Shown: piece after piece, positions 48,057 to 57,129 of the stretch
Numbering within the stretch: the first letter of the stretch is position 1
Layout: every line of letters begins with the position of its first letter
NCBI GenBank assembly: GCA_018302815.1
Contig: JAGVZE010000012.1
Coordinates: forward strand, 6,010 to 70,009
Reading direction: 5' to 3'
DNA from: Candidatus Woesearchaeota archaeon
GTDB taxonomy: Archaea > Nanobdellota > Nanobdellia > Woesearchaeales > ARS49
Length of the DNA stretch: 64,000 nucleotides
The notes under the pieces: generated by a model
What the model saw: the letters and a program-made list of their open reading frames with translations, nothing else
Databases searched by the model: none
What the model was told of the DNA's origin: nothing
Program-made: the position numbers and the translations under genes

Positions 48057-48683
48057 CTACGCTTCTGTCCAAGAATTGACTGTTGAGCGTTCTGGCGGGT
48101 GCGCTCTGCACTCGCAAAGTGCGTTGCCTGCGTTTGTTACGAATTCGCAGTCAAGGCTTGGAGTGCTAAATGACCCTCGTGTAATGCGAAATGTACCGAG
48201 GTTGTAGCCATAAAGATCCATGTTAAGTGAGGTTAAACGGGCAACGCCGGGAGGCATTCTTATTGTTGTGTGTGTTTCAATTGAAACAAACGCGTCTTCA
48301 GATAGACCGGTTAATTCTCCGGTGACTATGTCTACGCTGCCAAGTGAGCGTTCCATTCCAAAATTAATGCTTGCGACTTTGTTTTTTCCAAGTGTGCTGT
48401 ATCCTGCGGTGACTTCGAGGGGGGTTGCCGCTAATGTATCGTAAAGTTGCGCTGCAGTGTCTGCGCAAGAGCCTGTTGGGAATTGCACTGCGTAAGTTCC
48501 AAGATTATTGTTGATTATGTGGTTTAGCGTGTATGCGTATGTGTCTTCGGTTTCTGTGATTGCAGCGCCTGTTGATTCTGGGTTTTCAACGCTTAAAAGT
48601 GCGAAAAAAGTGACGAGAAAAAAGCTTAGATAAATGTATATCTGGTGTTTCATCATTCCTCTTTTATTCAGTAGAATGAGCAT
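48057..48683 (-). CDS. Secreted protein, possibly a third class-III-signal (pilin-like) protein
   Basis: The N-terminus MLILLNKRG/MMKHQIYIYLSFFLVTFFALLS echoes LQNKKG/M of paralog 1. The remainder has no recognised motif. Confidence 0.45.
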   Translation of the reverse strand: MLILLNKRGMMKHQIYIYLSFFLVTFFALLSVENPESTGAAITETEDTYAYTLNHIINNNLGTYAVQFPTGSCADTAAQLYDTLAATPLEVTAGYSTLGKNKVASINFGMERSLGSVDIVTGELTGLSEDAFVSIETHTTIRMPPGVARLTSLNMDLYGYNLGTFRITRGSFSTPSLDCEFVTNAGNALCECRAHPPERSTVNSWTEA

Positions 48684-48703
48684 AGGAATTTATAAAGATA
48701 TGG

Positions 48704-50167
48704 TTGGAAAGCATATATATGGCTGCGATAGAAGTGTTATTTAGCGAGTGTCTTGCTGGCAAGCACAGAGAAAAGTCGACCATAACTGGCGGCACTGTGA
48801 TGCGTTATTCTATCAGCCCTTTTTTGGTTTGGTGCGAGGCTTTCGCTCCTATTGAGGATAAGGACCCGCAGAGCAAGTATATGCATTTGCTTTTCGAGCG
48901 TGGAATCGAGCACGAGAAGAAGGTTCTGGCTGACTTGTTCAGCGATGCTGTTGCCGTTCGTGTTCCTAGCGAGTCTGGTTTTCGATTGGTTCTTGAAGCT
49001 TGTTTTAAGGGCGCAAAATCTATCGCTGGAGCTCCGCTGTTCTTTCTTAAGGATGATGTGCACGGTGTTGTCGATGTGCTTGTGCGTGATGATTCGCACA
49101 ATAGTGTATTCGGTGATTTTCACTATACTATTAGAGAAATCAAAAGCGCGAAGAACATCAAGCGCGAGTATGTTTTGCAGGGCGCGTTTTATAATTATTT
49201 GATAGGGTTGGTGCAAGGTTATGTTCCGCAAAAGTTCACGCTTATCAACCGCGAAGAGGAATCTTTTGATTACGAATACAAGCGTTACGAAGGTGATTTG
49301 CTTGAAGTTCTAAAGGGCATTCGCGAGGTTTTGTCAGGAAAAGAGGTGTCTCCTGCTGCGAAGTTGTGCAAGTGGCCTTGGGAGTCGTATTGTTTGAAGC
49401 GCGCAATCGAAGCGGATGATGTTTCTATCGTTCCGAATGTTGGAGCGCAAGTCAAGCGCAAGCTCAATGCAGTGGGAGTTAAATCAGCAAGTGATTTGGC
49501 GAAATTCACAGGGGAGGTTGACATTCCTCCTGCGACGTTCAAGAAGATTCAGTTTAGCGCGAAGGCGTGGGTGGAGAAGAAGCCGGTCATAATTTCAAAG
49601 CCGAAGCTTCCAAAGTCGAATGTCGAGATATTTTTGGATTTTGAAGGTACTGACGAGTTGGAAACTCCTGAAGGTCTGATGAAAGTGGATTATCTTGTTG
49701 GACTTCTTGTTCGAGAGAATGGCGAGGAGCGTTTTGTTCCGTTTGTGTCAGAATCAATTGATGGCGAGAAGAAGATGATGATGGACTTTTTTGAGTTCAT
49801 CAGGAAGTATCCTAAAGCTCCGATTTACCATTATAGTTCGTACGAGTCGACGCATATGCGTAGTTTGGGGCAGAAGTATGGCGTTGATGTTTCAGGGATT
49901 ACAAAGAATATGATTGACCTGCTTTCTGTCGTGAAAAAATGCGTTGCTTTCCCGACTATTTCAAATTCTTTGAAAGACATCGGCAAGTTCTTGGGCTATT
50001 CTTGGCGTGGCATGGCTGACGCGCAGGAGAGCATTGTGCTCTATCTTGAATTCTTGGACACAAAGAAGAGAGAGACCCTGCAGCGCATTGTTGATTATAA
50101 TGAGGATGATGTTAGAGCGACTGCTGTTGTTAAGGATTTCATGCAGAAAGTGTCTGATGAGAATTGA
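48704..50167 (+). CDS. RecB-family (PD-(D/E)xK) nuclease fused to an RNase-H-like exonuclease domain (TM0106-like)
   Basis: VVDVLVRDD...YTIREIKSAK matches D...ExK. The C-terminal IFLDFEGTDE, YHYSSYE and VDYNEDDVRAT resemble a DEDD-like 3'-5' exonuclease fold. The start is uncertain. Confidence 0.6.
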   Translation: MESIYMAAIEVLFSECLAGKHREKSTITGGTVMRYSISPFLVWCEAFAPIEDKDPQSKYMHLLFERGIEHEKKVLADLFSDAVAVRVPSESGFRLVLEACFKGAKSIAGAPLFFLKDDVHGVVDVLVRDDSHNSVFGDFHYTIREIKSAKNIKREYVLQGAFYNYLIGLVQGYVPQKFTLINREEESFDYEYKRYEGDLLEVLKGIREVLSGKEVSPAAKLCKWPWESYCLKRAIEADDVSIVPNVGAQVKRKLNAVGVKSASDLAKFTGEVDIPPATFKKIQFSAKAWVEKKPVIISKPKLPKSNVEIFLDFEGTDELETPEGLMKVDYLVGLLVRENGEERFVPFVSESIDGEKKMMMDFFEFIRKYPKAPIYHYSSYESTHMRSLGQKYGVDVSGITKNMIDLLSVVKKCVAFPTISNSLKDIGKFLGYSWRGMADAQESIVLYLEFLDTKKRETLQRIVDYNEDDVRATAVVKDFMQKVSDEN

Positions 50168-50410
50168 TTCAAAAAGCATAAGTAACAAGTTCAAAACGAA
50201 TTTCTTATAAAGCGGTCGACTATTCAAGTCGAAGTGACAAGTAAACATTTACTGAAAACGGATTTTATTAGACGTATAAAATGCGCGGGAAAAGACAGGT
50301 TCGTGCGCGTTAAGGACTTCGCTAAACATTATGAGTATCATAGCAGGTGATTCTAGATTAAAAATAACATTAAAAGAATATATAAGTCAGGATTGTGTTA
50401 AACGGAATGA

Positions 50411-51226
50411 ATGGCCCCCATAATAACCTGGTCCGATGTGAAACCTATCAAAGTGTTGCATCAGTGGCCGCTCTCCAAAGTAGAACTGGCTCGGGCTAAA
50501 GGCGAATTTTACGTGTTGAAAACTATTCATAAGGATTTCATCAAAGAAATTGATCGTCAAAAAGCCATTCATGCAGTGTGCAAAAAGATAGGAATTTCAA
50601 GGATTCTTCTGGTCCGTAAAAATAAAGGGACTGTTTCTTTTCTTATGGACTATGTTTCTCATAAGAAGAAAAAAGTGCAAGACAAACTCGCGATTAAACT
50701 TATCCGCGAGTTCCATGCAGAAGCGCAGCACGCGCATAGAGCGCCTTTTAGAAAATACAATTTCAAAGCTTTTTGTGCAGACTTCAAACACGTAAAGACG
50801 CATTTGCCAGAAAGCCTGCGGTGTAAAAATAAAATCCAATTGAAAGAATTTTTTGCTCGAATTTTTGATTCGAACCAGAGTGTTGTTCATGGCGATTGGC
50901 ATGCTGATCAAATCATAATAACAAAAGACAAAGAGTGCATTATTGATTTTGGTAAGTCTTTTTGGGGACCGACCATTCTGGATTATGGGAATTATTTTGC
51001 TAAAACAGACAGTAGCGATGAACTTGTATGCAAGCGAGCCGGCATTTCGCGCGTGACTCTTTTGAAAGCCAAGATTGTTGCAGGCATCATAGTGTTGGCT
51101 TGGTTCGAGCTGTGTAAAGCCAAATACGTACCATATAACTACCGGAAGGAAATCAGAGAGTATGCGAACCTGATACGGAACAATGTGCTATTTTTAAATA
51201 GACTTAGCCCCAATAATCAGGATTGA
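50411..51226 (+). CDS. Aminoglycoside/choline-kinase-like phosphotransferase (APH fold)
   Basis: Catalytic loop VVHGDWHADQIIIT and IIDFGKSFWGP (DFG-like). Confidence 0.6.
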   Translation: MAPIITWSDVKPIKVLHQWPLSKVELARAKGEFYVLKTIHKDFIKEIDRQKAIHAVCKKIGISRILLVRKNKGTVSFLMDYVSHKKKKVQDKLAIKLIREFHAEAQHAHRAPFRKYNFKAFCADFKHVKTHLPESLRCKNKIQLKEFFARIFDSNQSVVHGDWHADQIIITKDKECIIDFGKSFWGPTILDYGNYFAKTDSSDELVCKRAGISRVTLLKAKIVAGIIVLAWFELCKAKYVPYNYRKEIREYANLIRNNVLFLNRLSPNNQD

Positions 51227-51245
51227 GTTATCACACGGATGTCAA

Positions 51246-51706
51246 ATGCAAATAGAATCCTATGATGGGAAGTCGAAAGAGACAGGCTGTCTTGGTTGCG
51301 CTCCGCGCGAGTCTATAATTCGCGCGAATCGTTTCGTCGCGTATCAGGATTTTGAGGTTCCAATCCCGGTTTTATCATCGTGTCTAGCATTCGTCATTTT
51401 ATGAGCATCGATGAGATGGCTGATGATGAGCTTTTGGAATTTCCGCGCGTGTTGAAATTCGTTCGCGAGGGGATGCGTTACGCGCTTGATGTTGATGAGG
51501 CATACTTGTTCCAGAACGAGGATTCAGCGCATCATTTTCATATGTGGATGTTTCCGCGTTATGATTGGATGGAACGTTTCGGAAGGAAAATTCAATCGGT
51601 TCGGCCTATAATGGAGTATGCGAGAAAAGAGTTGAAGACCCCGCAGAATATCGAAGAAGTCAAACGTTCTATTAATGTGTTGAAGGGATATTTAGCAAGC
51701 AGTTAA
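51246..51706 (+). pseudogene. HIT-family hydrolase gene interrupted by a 1-nt frameshift near 51366-51369
   Basis: Frame 1 (51246-) gives MQIESYDGKSKETGCLGCAPRESIIRANRFVAYQDFEVPIP and then runs into a stop. Shifting by one base continues GFIIVSSIRHF...DSAHHFHMWMFPRYDW (HIT-like HxHxW). One extra base in the CCCGG run would restore PIPGFIIV. Confidence 0.65.
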
Positions 51707-52701
51707 TCTGTCTTCAACAGCGCAGTCATAAAAGGCACAAGTTCTGAGCTGAGCGCGAAATTGCTTCTATACGTCAATTGATTTCCTTTTAAGGGAGGAG
51801 TGTATATTCGTTTGCTCCAATCATCTCGAGGATGAGTGAACGCTACTCGTTTGCCATCGATTGATATCTCACCGTGCTGCACGATAGGCAAAAGCCGTTC
51901 GAAATATTGTTTATCTTTCTCTGTTTGGAATGTTGCAGAAACAATATATACTTTGTTCATAAGATTGAGCGCGCCCAATACAAAGCGTGTTCCATTCGCT
52001 TCAAAGGAATACCAATTATTTGAGAAGTATTGCTCGTGTTTGTCTTTTACGACTTCTCCCTTGACTCGTTGGTCGGTTGGTTCTAATTGAAACTTCAGTT
52101 CTTGGGCGACTGCTTGCCAGGTGCTTGCGATGACTCCTTCTTCATCCAATCTTGGAAGATGAAGTATGGCGTTTTTGCGGTGATTTCTCATACCGTCGCA
52201 ATATACTCCGGTCAAGGATACGGATGGTTGCGAAAAGATCACACCGCGTTTGGGAGCGAATAAATGCAGATTCGGCGGTGTTTCTCCGGTAGGCAGGATG
52301 TGGATGTCAAAGAGCGTCCAATCAGGATCTCCCCAACAAGCCATGCGAGTGTCAGCGACAACATCGTATGGTTCATCGTTTCTTAGCCTCATACTCAGTT
52401 TTCCATCAAGCGTTTGGAATTTCAACCCTGCGGATTTGCTTCCATTTCTTTGAATAACGTTGTGTTCATCCACTATGTAATCGAAGAAAACTAGTTTCGA
52501 AGGTTGCCGAACGTGTTGTTCAAGAGATCCAGAGAAAATGGTGAGATCGTGTAGTTCAGGGAAGAAAAGCGCGCCGGTTCCCATTCCGTGAGTGTACCTG
52601 TTTTTGAGCCGGTCTGCCGCCTGTTGAACCGTTTGTTGACTAGGTGATTGCGCGTCATAATTCTGAGCTATGAGGGAGAGTTTATCTTCGATTTTCATCA
52701 T
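51703..52701 (-). CDS. Hypothetical protein (332 aa)
   Basis: Long ORF with no motif recognised. Its stop overlaps the HIT gene stop by 4 nt (convergent). Confidence 0.5.
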   Translation of the reverse strand: MMKIEDKLSLIAQNYDAQSPSQQTVQQAADRLKNRYTHGMGTGALFFPELHDLTIFSGSLEQHVRQPSKLVFFDYIVDEHNVIQRNGSKSAGLKFQTLDGKLSMRLRNDEPYDVVADTRMACWGDPDWTLFDIHILPTGETPPNLHLFAPKRGVIFSQPSVSLTGVYCDGMRNHRKNAILHLPRLDEEGVIASTWQAVAQELKFQLEPTDQRVKGEVVKDKHEQYFSNNWYSFEANGTRFVLGALNLMNKVYIVSATFQTEKDKQYFERLLPIVQHGEISIDGKRVAFTHPRDDWSKRIYTPPLKGNQLTYRSNFALSSELVPFMTALLKTD

Positions 52702-52755
52702 AGAACTTTCAATCAGTTGAGACTATTTATGCTTTGTGAACAAGCAGTGAACAAT

Positions 52756-53082
52756 TCAAGAAACGTCATCCTTCGTCGCATCTGTCGTTATCATGTCTCC
52801 TTTTTTGATGTCGCGAAGCGCGATGTCGCATTGGTTTTCAAGGTCTTGGGTGGTGTTTGGGACGTTTGAGTGGTTCACGTATCGTTCTGGTGATGAGTAA
52901 AGATATATTATTCCGTGATGTGTATGCGTGAATTGTTTTTCTGATGCTGGCAAAGCGTCATATTGTTTCTTGGTCAGCCGTTTGAGGGCGTATTTTATCA
53001 CTATTCCGCCTCTTCTGAAATCTCGTGCTGCATAGACTCCTTTTCCTTCGAGGTTTCCTTTTCCTATAATGACATCAGCCAT
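52756..53082 (-). CDS. Minimal SET-domain protein (putative lysine methyltransferase)
   Basis: GKGVYAARDFRRGGIVIKY, YVNHSNVPNT and ALRDIKKGDMITTD are core SET motifs. Only 108 aa. Confidence 0.7.
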   Translation of the reverse strand: MADVIIGKGNLEGKGVYAARDFRRGGIVIKYALKRLTKKQYDALPASEKQFTHTHHGIIYLYSSPERYVNHSNVPNTTQDLENQCDIALRDIKKGDMITTDATKDDVS

Positions 53083-53184
53083 AATATAATCTTAGCAAGC
53101 CTTATTTAACTGGTTTTAGGTTATTAGTTTGATAGATAGTTGTTCTTCGTAATTCTTTTATACTTTCAAATCTACACCGTCTAT

Positions 53185-53832
53185 GTGAAAGCGGTTCTTT
53201 TCGATATGGATGGTACTTTTCTTGATTCTTTGAAAGTGTACAAGGAAGCTGAAACAGTTCATTGCATGCAGCATGGAATCGAGCTAGATGAGAAGGATGC
53301 CGAGCGTTTCATTTGGTGTTCGAATGCTGTCGCGTTCGCGTATCTTATCGAACGATATGATATTCCAGACAGAACTGTCGGACAGCTTGTAGATGAACAT
53401 ATGGGGATTTTTGAGAAAATAGCGCACGAGCGTTTGCGGCTTTATGAGGGTTTTGAGGAGCTTGCAGGTTGGCTTAAGCAGGAGCATAAGCTTGCGGTTG
53501 TCACATCATCCGGCAGGCGGATGCAGGAGTTCGCGTTCAAAAAGTTCAGCCTTGATAGGTTTTTTGACACGGTGATAACTGGCGATATGGTTGAACGAAG
53601 AAAGCCTGACCCTTTGCCGTATCAGGTGTGCCTTGAACGGCTTGGAATTGACCCGCTTGACGCGATAGTTCTTGAGGATTCTCCAGGGGGCATTATGTCT
53701 GCGATGAATGCGGGCATCACAACTCTTGCGGTCGGGCACACTTTTTCGAAAAAAGAGCTTGATTTTTCTTCATTCTACGTTAAAAACTTAAGAGAAGCTA
53801 AAAAGTGGTTTGAGAAATATTTGAAATCTTAA
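53185..53832 (+). CDS. HAD-superfamily hydrolase (beta-phosphoglucomutase-like subfamily IA)
   Basis: Probable GTG start directly before KAVLFDMDGTFLDS (motif I). Also VVTSS (motif II) and K..PDP...LEDSPGG (motifs III/IV). The ORF-track start at 53140 adds an unlikely hydrophobic leader. Confidence 0.85.
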   Translation: MKAVLFDMDGTFLDSLKVYKEAETVHCMQHGIELDEKDAERFIWCSNAVAFAYLIERYDIPDRTVGQLVDEHMGIFEKIAHERLRLYEGFEELAGWLKQEHKLAVVTSSGRRMQEFAFKKFSLDRFFDTVITGDMVERRKPDPLPYQVCLERLGIDPLDAIVLEDSPGGIMSAMNAGITTLAVGHTFSKKELDFSSFYVKNLREAKKWFEKYLKS

Positions 53833-54116
53833 TCCAGCGCCCAGCTTATCCATAACACTAGCGCTGCGGCAAAGTGCAGGACCCATCCTACTAGTGGTAT
53901 CCAGCCAAGGGCTCCTGCCATCATCTGTACGATATGTCCCGTGTTGTTTTTGTGTTCTTTGTGGGAATATGCGAGTCCGACAACGCCAAGTATCAAGCTT
54001 ACTGCAAGCGGCGACCATTGGAGTGAAAGTATGATGAATCCGCCAAAGAAAGGCAAAGCGAGCACTGTTTCGTATATTGCCGCTGCAAGTTTGAGATTGT
54101 GGCTTGCGTGTTTCAT
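53829..54116 (-). CDS. Small membrane protein
   Basis: 95 aa with three hydrophobic helices. Confidence 0.45.
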   Translation of the reverse strand: MKHASHNLKLAAAIYETVLALPFFGGFIILSLQWSPLAVSLILGVVGLAYSHKEHKNNTGHIVQMMAGALGWIPLVGWVLHFAAALVLWISWALD

Positions 54117-54141
54117 TAAGATGAATAAGAAAAGTTTGTAG

Positions 54142-55089
54142 TTAAATGTTGTGTACTACTTTTTGCGCTAAGCGCCATCCGACGGCGGGCCCACTGCTGA
54201 CGACTTTGTCGCTGCAGTTGATTAGGAAACCATCGAGGCGTCTGTAGCATTCCATCGACAAGAACCGCTGTGACGGGGTTGACCTATCTATGAACGGAAG
54301 TGTCCAAAGAATGACTAAGCTCAAATCTCCATCACGTGTTCGTTCGGCAAAGTATTGAATTGCTGGAATGATTCTCGGGTAGTCTCGTCCAAAAAGTTCA
54401 GTGAGGAGCGGTATAACATTGTCAGGTATATGCTCAAGGGTTCCAATCTCGTCTTCTGGCTGATCGAATGCAAGCGTAAGATAATCGTTATCAAGCGCGG
54501 GAGCAATGACTGTTCGCGAATGTCGTGTTCGATTGAGTGCGATATCTTCAAGAATCGCCTGCTCACCGGTGTAGGCGATCTTTCCAGCGATACGCCGGTA
54601 TTGTGTTTCTTCGGATTGATCTTTTTGGTACTCTGCCACTGGACTGCTCAGTAACGGAGCGTCTTTGTGTTCAAACATTGCAAGGTCAATGCTTCCTTTT
54701 ACAAGCGTGCTCGCGATGACAACTCCTCCTGGGTTCATGTCCAATCCTGCAAGCGAGTATTCTAAGTGCTGGTCAGCAGTTCTTCTGATATTTTCGCCAT
54801 TTTTGTACTTAAAAAGTTTTCTGCCATAAACAAGATTCCACGTCTCACCGTTGACGGGCAGGTTGTATAATTGCCAGGCAGGACCCAAGTATTCGTCTTG
54901 TATTGGTTCTACGTAGAAGCCTCCGAGCGCAGTGTAAACGCTTCTTCGAACCGTGCTCGTCGGCTTTTCAGTGAAAAACTCTGTAGCGTACGGAAGACCG
55001 CCGGAGTGTTTGACAAGCGCAACGAGCCGTACAAGCGCAGAAGGGTTATTTGAAGCTTCTCGTTCCAACGCGCGTAAAGCTTCGTCCAT
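54142..55089 (-). CDS. Hypothetical protein (315 aa)
   Basis: Long ORF preceded by TTTATAAA 23-30 nt upstream. No motif recognised. Confidence 0.5.
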   Translation of the reverse strand: MDEALRALEREASNNPSALVRLVALVKHSGGLPYATEFFTEKPTSTVRRSVYTALGGFYVEPIQDEYLGPAWQLYNLPVNGETWNLVYGRKLFKYKNGENIRRTADQHLEYSLAGLDMNPGGVVIASTLVKGSIDLAMFEHKDAPLLSSPVAEYQKDQSEETQYRRIAGKIAYTGEQAILEDIALNRTRHSRTVIAPALDNDYLTLAFDQPEDEIGTLEHIPDNVIPLLTELFGRDYPRIIPAIQYFAERTRDGDLSLVILWTLPFIDRSTPSQRFLSMECYRRLDGFLINCSDKVVSSGPAVGWRLAQKVVHNI

Positions 55090-55111
55090 TTGTCTAAAGC
55101 CAGAGTAGCCA

Positions 55112-55119
55112 TTTATAAA
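55112..55119 (-). promoter_or_regulatory. TATA box TTTATAAA for the 55089 gene (near-leaderless spacing)
   Basis: Same palindromic octamer as at 45451 and 62382. Lies 14 nt from array 4. Confidence 0.55.
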
Positions 55120-55133
55120 GGTTTGTGCACGTG

Positions 55134-55213
55134 CCGTCGTCCGTCCCGCCGTCAGCCTTCCTACTTCCTGCCGTCGTCCGTCCTACTTCCTACAGCCGTC
55201 TTACTTCGTCTTC
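55134..55213 (+). repeat. CCGTC-octamer array 4 (~10 units)
   Basis: CCGTCGT CCGTCCCG CCGTCAG CCTTCCTA CTTCCTG CCGTCGT CCGTCCTA CTTCCTACAG CCGTCTTA CTTCGTCTT. It overlaps the stop and the last four codons of the cyclase gene. Confidence 0.9.
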
Positions 55214-57129
55214 ATGACCCAGACACAATCCCAGTCTTTTCCTGGGTGTTCTTTGATGAAGTGTTCGCAGCGTTCGATGTAGATCGTGGATGTTTTGTCG
55301 CCTTCGTGGACTGCTTTGGCGAAATCAGCGATTGCTTTTTTGAATTCTTTTGCTCGGTAGTTGACAAGTCCGGCTTCGAAGTGTTTGAGTGTGTGTTTTT
55401 GTTTGTCAGTAAGTTTGTCTTTCATTCCTACAAGTTCGAATATGCGTATCGGTTCTTTTTTGCCTTTGACGCGCACAAGATCGAGTTCTCGTGTTACAAA
55501 TGAATCATCGAGTTGTTTTCGTGTGCTTTCGGCGATGAGTGTTTTGACGCCGTATTCTTTTGTTATTCCTTCAAGTCGTGAGCCTAAGTTGATTGTGTCT
55601 CCCATGCAGGTGTAGTTGAAGCGGTTGAGCGAGCCCATGTTGCCTATTACTGCTGGGCCGGTATTTATGCCCGCTCCGATTTCAACAACCGGATATCTTT
55701 CTTTTTCCCATTTTTTTTGGAGTTTCTTGAGTTTGTCCTGCATCGCAACGGTGGCTTTCGCGGCTCTTGTCGCGTGGTCTGGCTGTTCGATGGGCGCGCC
55801 CCAGAATGCCATTATGGCGTCGCCGATGTATTTGTCGACGACTCCTCCGTGGTCCATTATTATGTCGGTCATCGCGGTTAGATATTCGTTGAGTAGTTGC
55901 ACCAGCTTTTCTGGCGTTAGTTGTTCTGAGAATGTTGTGAACCCTCGTATGTCTGAGAAGAATATTGTTATCTCGCGTCTATCTCCTCCGAGTTTTAGTT
56001 TCTCGGGGTTTTTCATTAATTGCGAGACGACTTCTGGCGCGACGTATTTGCTAAAGGCGTCGTGGATGTATTTTTTCTGCTTGCTTTCGTGCAGATATAG
56101 CGTTACAAGAGTGGCTGAATACGTGGTTATTATTGAGAGCGGCGTGTAAACCATATCAGAGATTATGCCTGCATCGAATCGTTTGATTGCTATGATGAAG
56201 TGGATGAGTATCATTAGCGCGCCGATGAATGCTGCGAGCCAAGCGTTAAGTCTGGTAAGCACCAGTATCATTAATAGTCCCGCGATGATTATTGCTGTTA
56301 ATTTCACCGAAGTATTTTGCGGAGTTATGTGCTGCTTAGAAAGTATGGTTTGCACTAGGTTCGCTTGGATTTCAACTCCGGGAATTTTCGCTCCGCCTGA
56401 TAGGGGCGCGAAATGGTCGTCGTGAAGGTCTGGCGCTGTGGCGCCGATTAGGACTATTTTGCCTTCGAATGCGCTGTCAGAAACTTTTCCTGAGATTACG
56501 TCTAAAACCGGGATTGTTTTGTAGGTTTGTTTCGGCCCTGCCATGTTTATGTACAAACGGTCTTGCCGTGGAGCGTTGACATCAGTTATGCTTTTGGCGA
56601 TTGCTTCTGCGAAGAGCAGATATTCGCTGTTTACGTTGTTGTGCGCTGAGCGCACGACTCCGTCGGGGTCTGTGATTAGATTTACTGTTCCTAGCGCGAG
56701 CGCGTTTTCGCGAAGTTCAGCCAGTGGAAGCAGTGAATGTGTTGGCGTGATTCCATTTGCCTGGGTGAATTCAGTGTGTTCAACCGCGAGCACTACGTTT
56801 TTTGAGCGGTTGATTGAATCGGCGAGTGCTTGGTCCGCATCGCTCGTGCTTTGTTCAGAAAAGACGACGTCTATGCCGACTGCTTTCGCAGAATGAAGAT
56901 GGTCTATGACGTTTGCGAATACTGTTCTGTTCCACGGCCAGCGTCCTATCTGTTGTATGCTTTGATCGTCTATTGCGAGTATTATTATGTTTTCAAGGGC
57001 GGAATGTCCGTAAAGCCTATCTTGCATACGCGCTTGTGGTGTGGCGAATATTCCTGCGTAGAAAAGTAGGATAACAAAAAATATGCTTAGAAGTCCTGGT
57101 ACAAGGACTCGTTTTATGGGCAGATGCAT
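55201..57129 (-). CDS. CHASE2 sensor-domain class III adenylate/guanylate cyclase
   Basis: N-terminal TM helix plus an extracytoplasmic CHASE2-like region (ILAIDDQSIQQIGRWPWNR), three TM helices, a cyclase core (ITIFFSDIRGFTTFSE, DKYIGDAIMAFWGAP, GINTGPAVIGNMG, YTCMGDTINLGSRLE), and a C-terminal helical tail. Confidence 0.85.
   Translation of the reverse strand: MHLPIKRVLVPGLLSIFFVILLFYAGIFATPQARMQDRLYGHSALENIIILAIDDQSIQQIGRWPWNRTVFANVIDHLHSAKAVGIDVVFSEQSTSDADQALADSINRSKNVVLAVEHTEFTQANGITPTHSLLPLAELRENALALGTVNLITDPDGVVRSAHNNVNSEYLLFAEAIAKSITDVNAPRQDRLYINMAGPKQTYKTIPVLDVISGKVSDSAFEGKIVLIGATAPDLHDDHFAPLSGGAKIPGVEIQANLVQTILSKQHITPQNTSVKLTAIIIAGLLMILVLTRLNAWLAAFIGALMILIHFIIAIKRFDAGIISDMVYTPLSIITTYSATLVTLYLHESKQKKYIHDAFSKYVAPEVVSQLMKNPEKLKLGGDRREITIFFSDIRGFTTFSEQLTPEKLVQLLNEYLTAMTDIIMDHGGVVDKYIGDAIMAFWGAPIEQPDHATRAAKATVAMQDKLKKLQKKWEKERYPVVEIGAGINTGPAVIGNMGSLNRFNYTCMGDTINLGSRLEGITKEYGVKTLIAESTRKQLDDSFVTRELDLVRVKGKKEPIRIFELVGMKDKLTDKQKHTLKHFEAGLVNYRAKEFKKAIADFAKAVHEGDKTSTIYIERCEHFIKEHPGKDWDCVWVMKTK

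Noticed and set aside
51360-51372. Programmed -1 ribosomal frameshift in the HIT gene
   Set aside because: No X XXY YYZ slippery heptamer or obvious downstream stimulatory structure is present. An indel or pseudogene is the simpler explanation.
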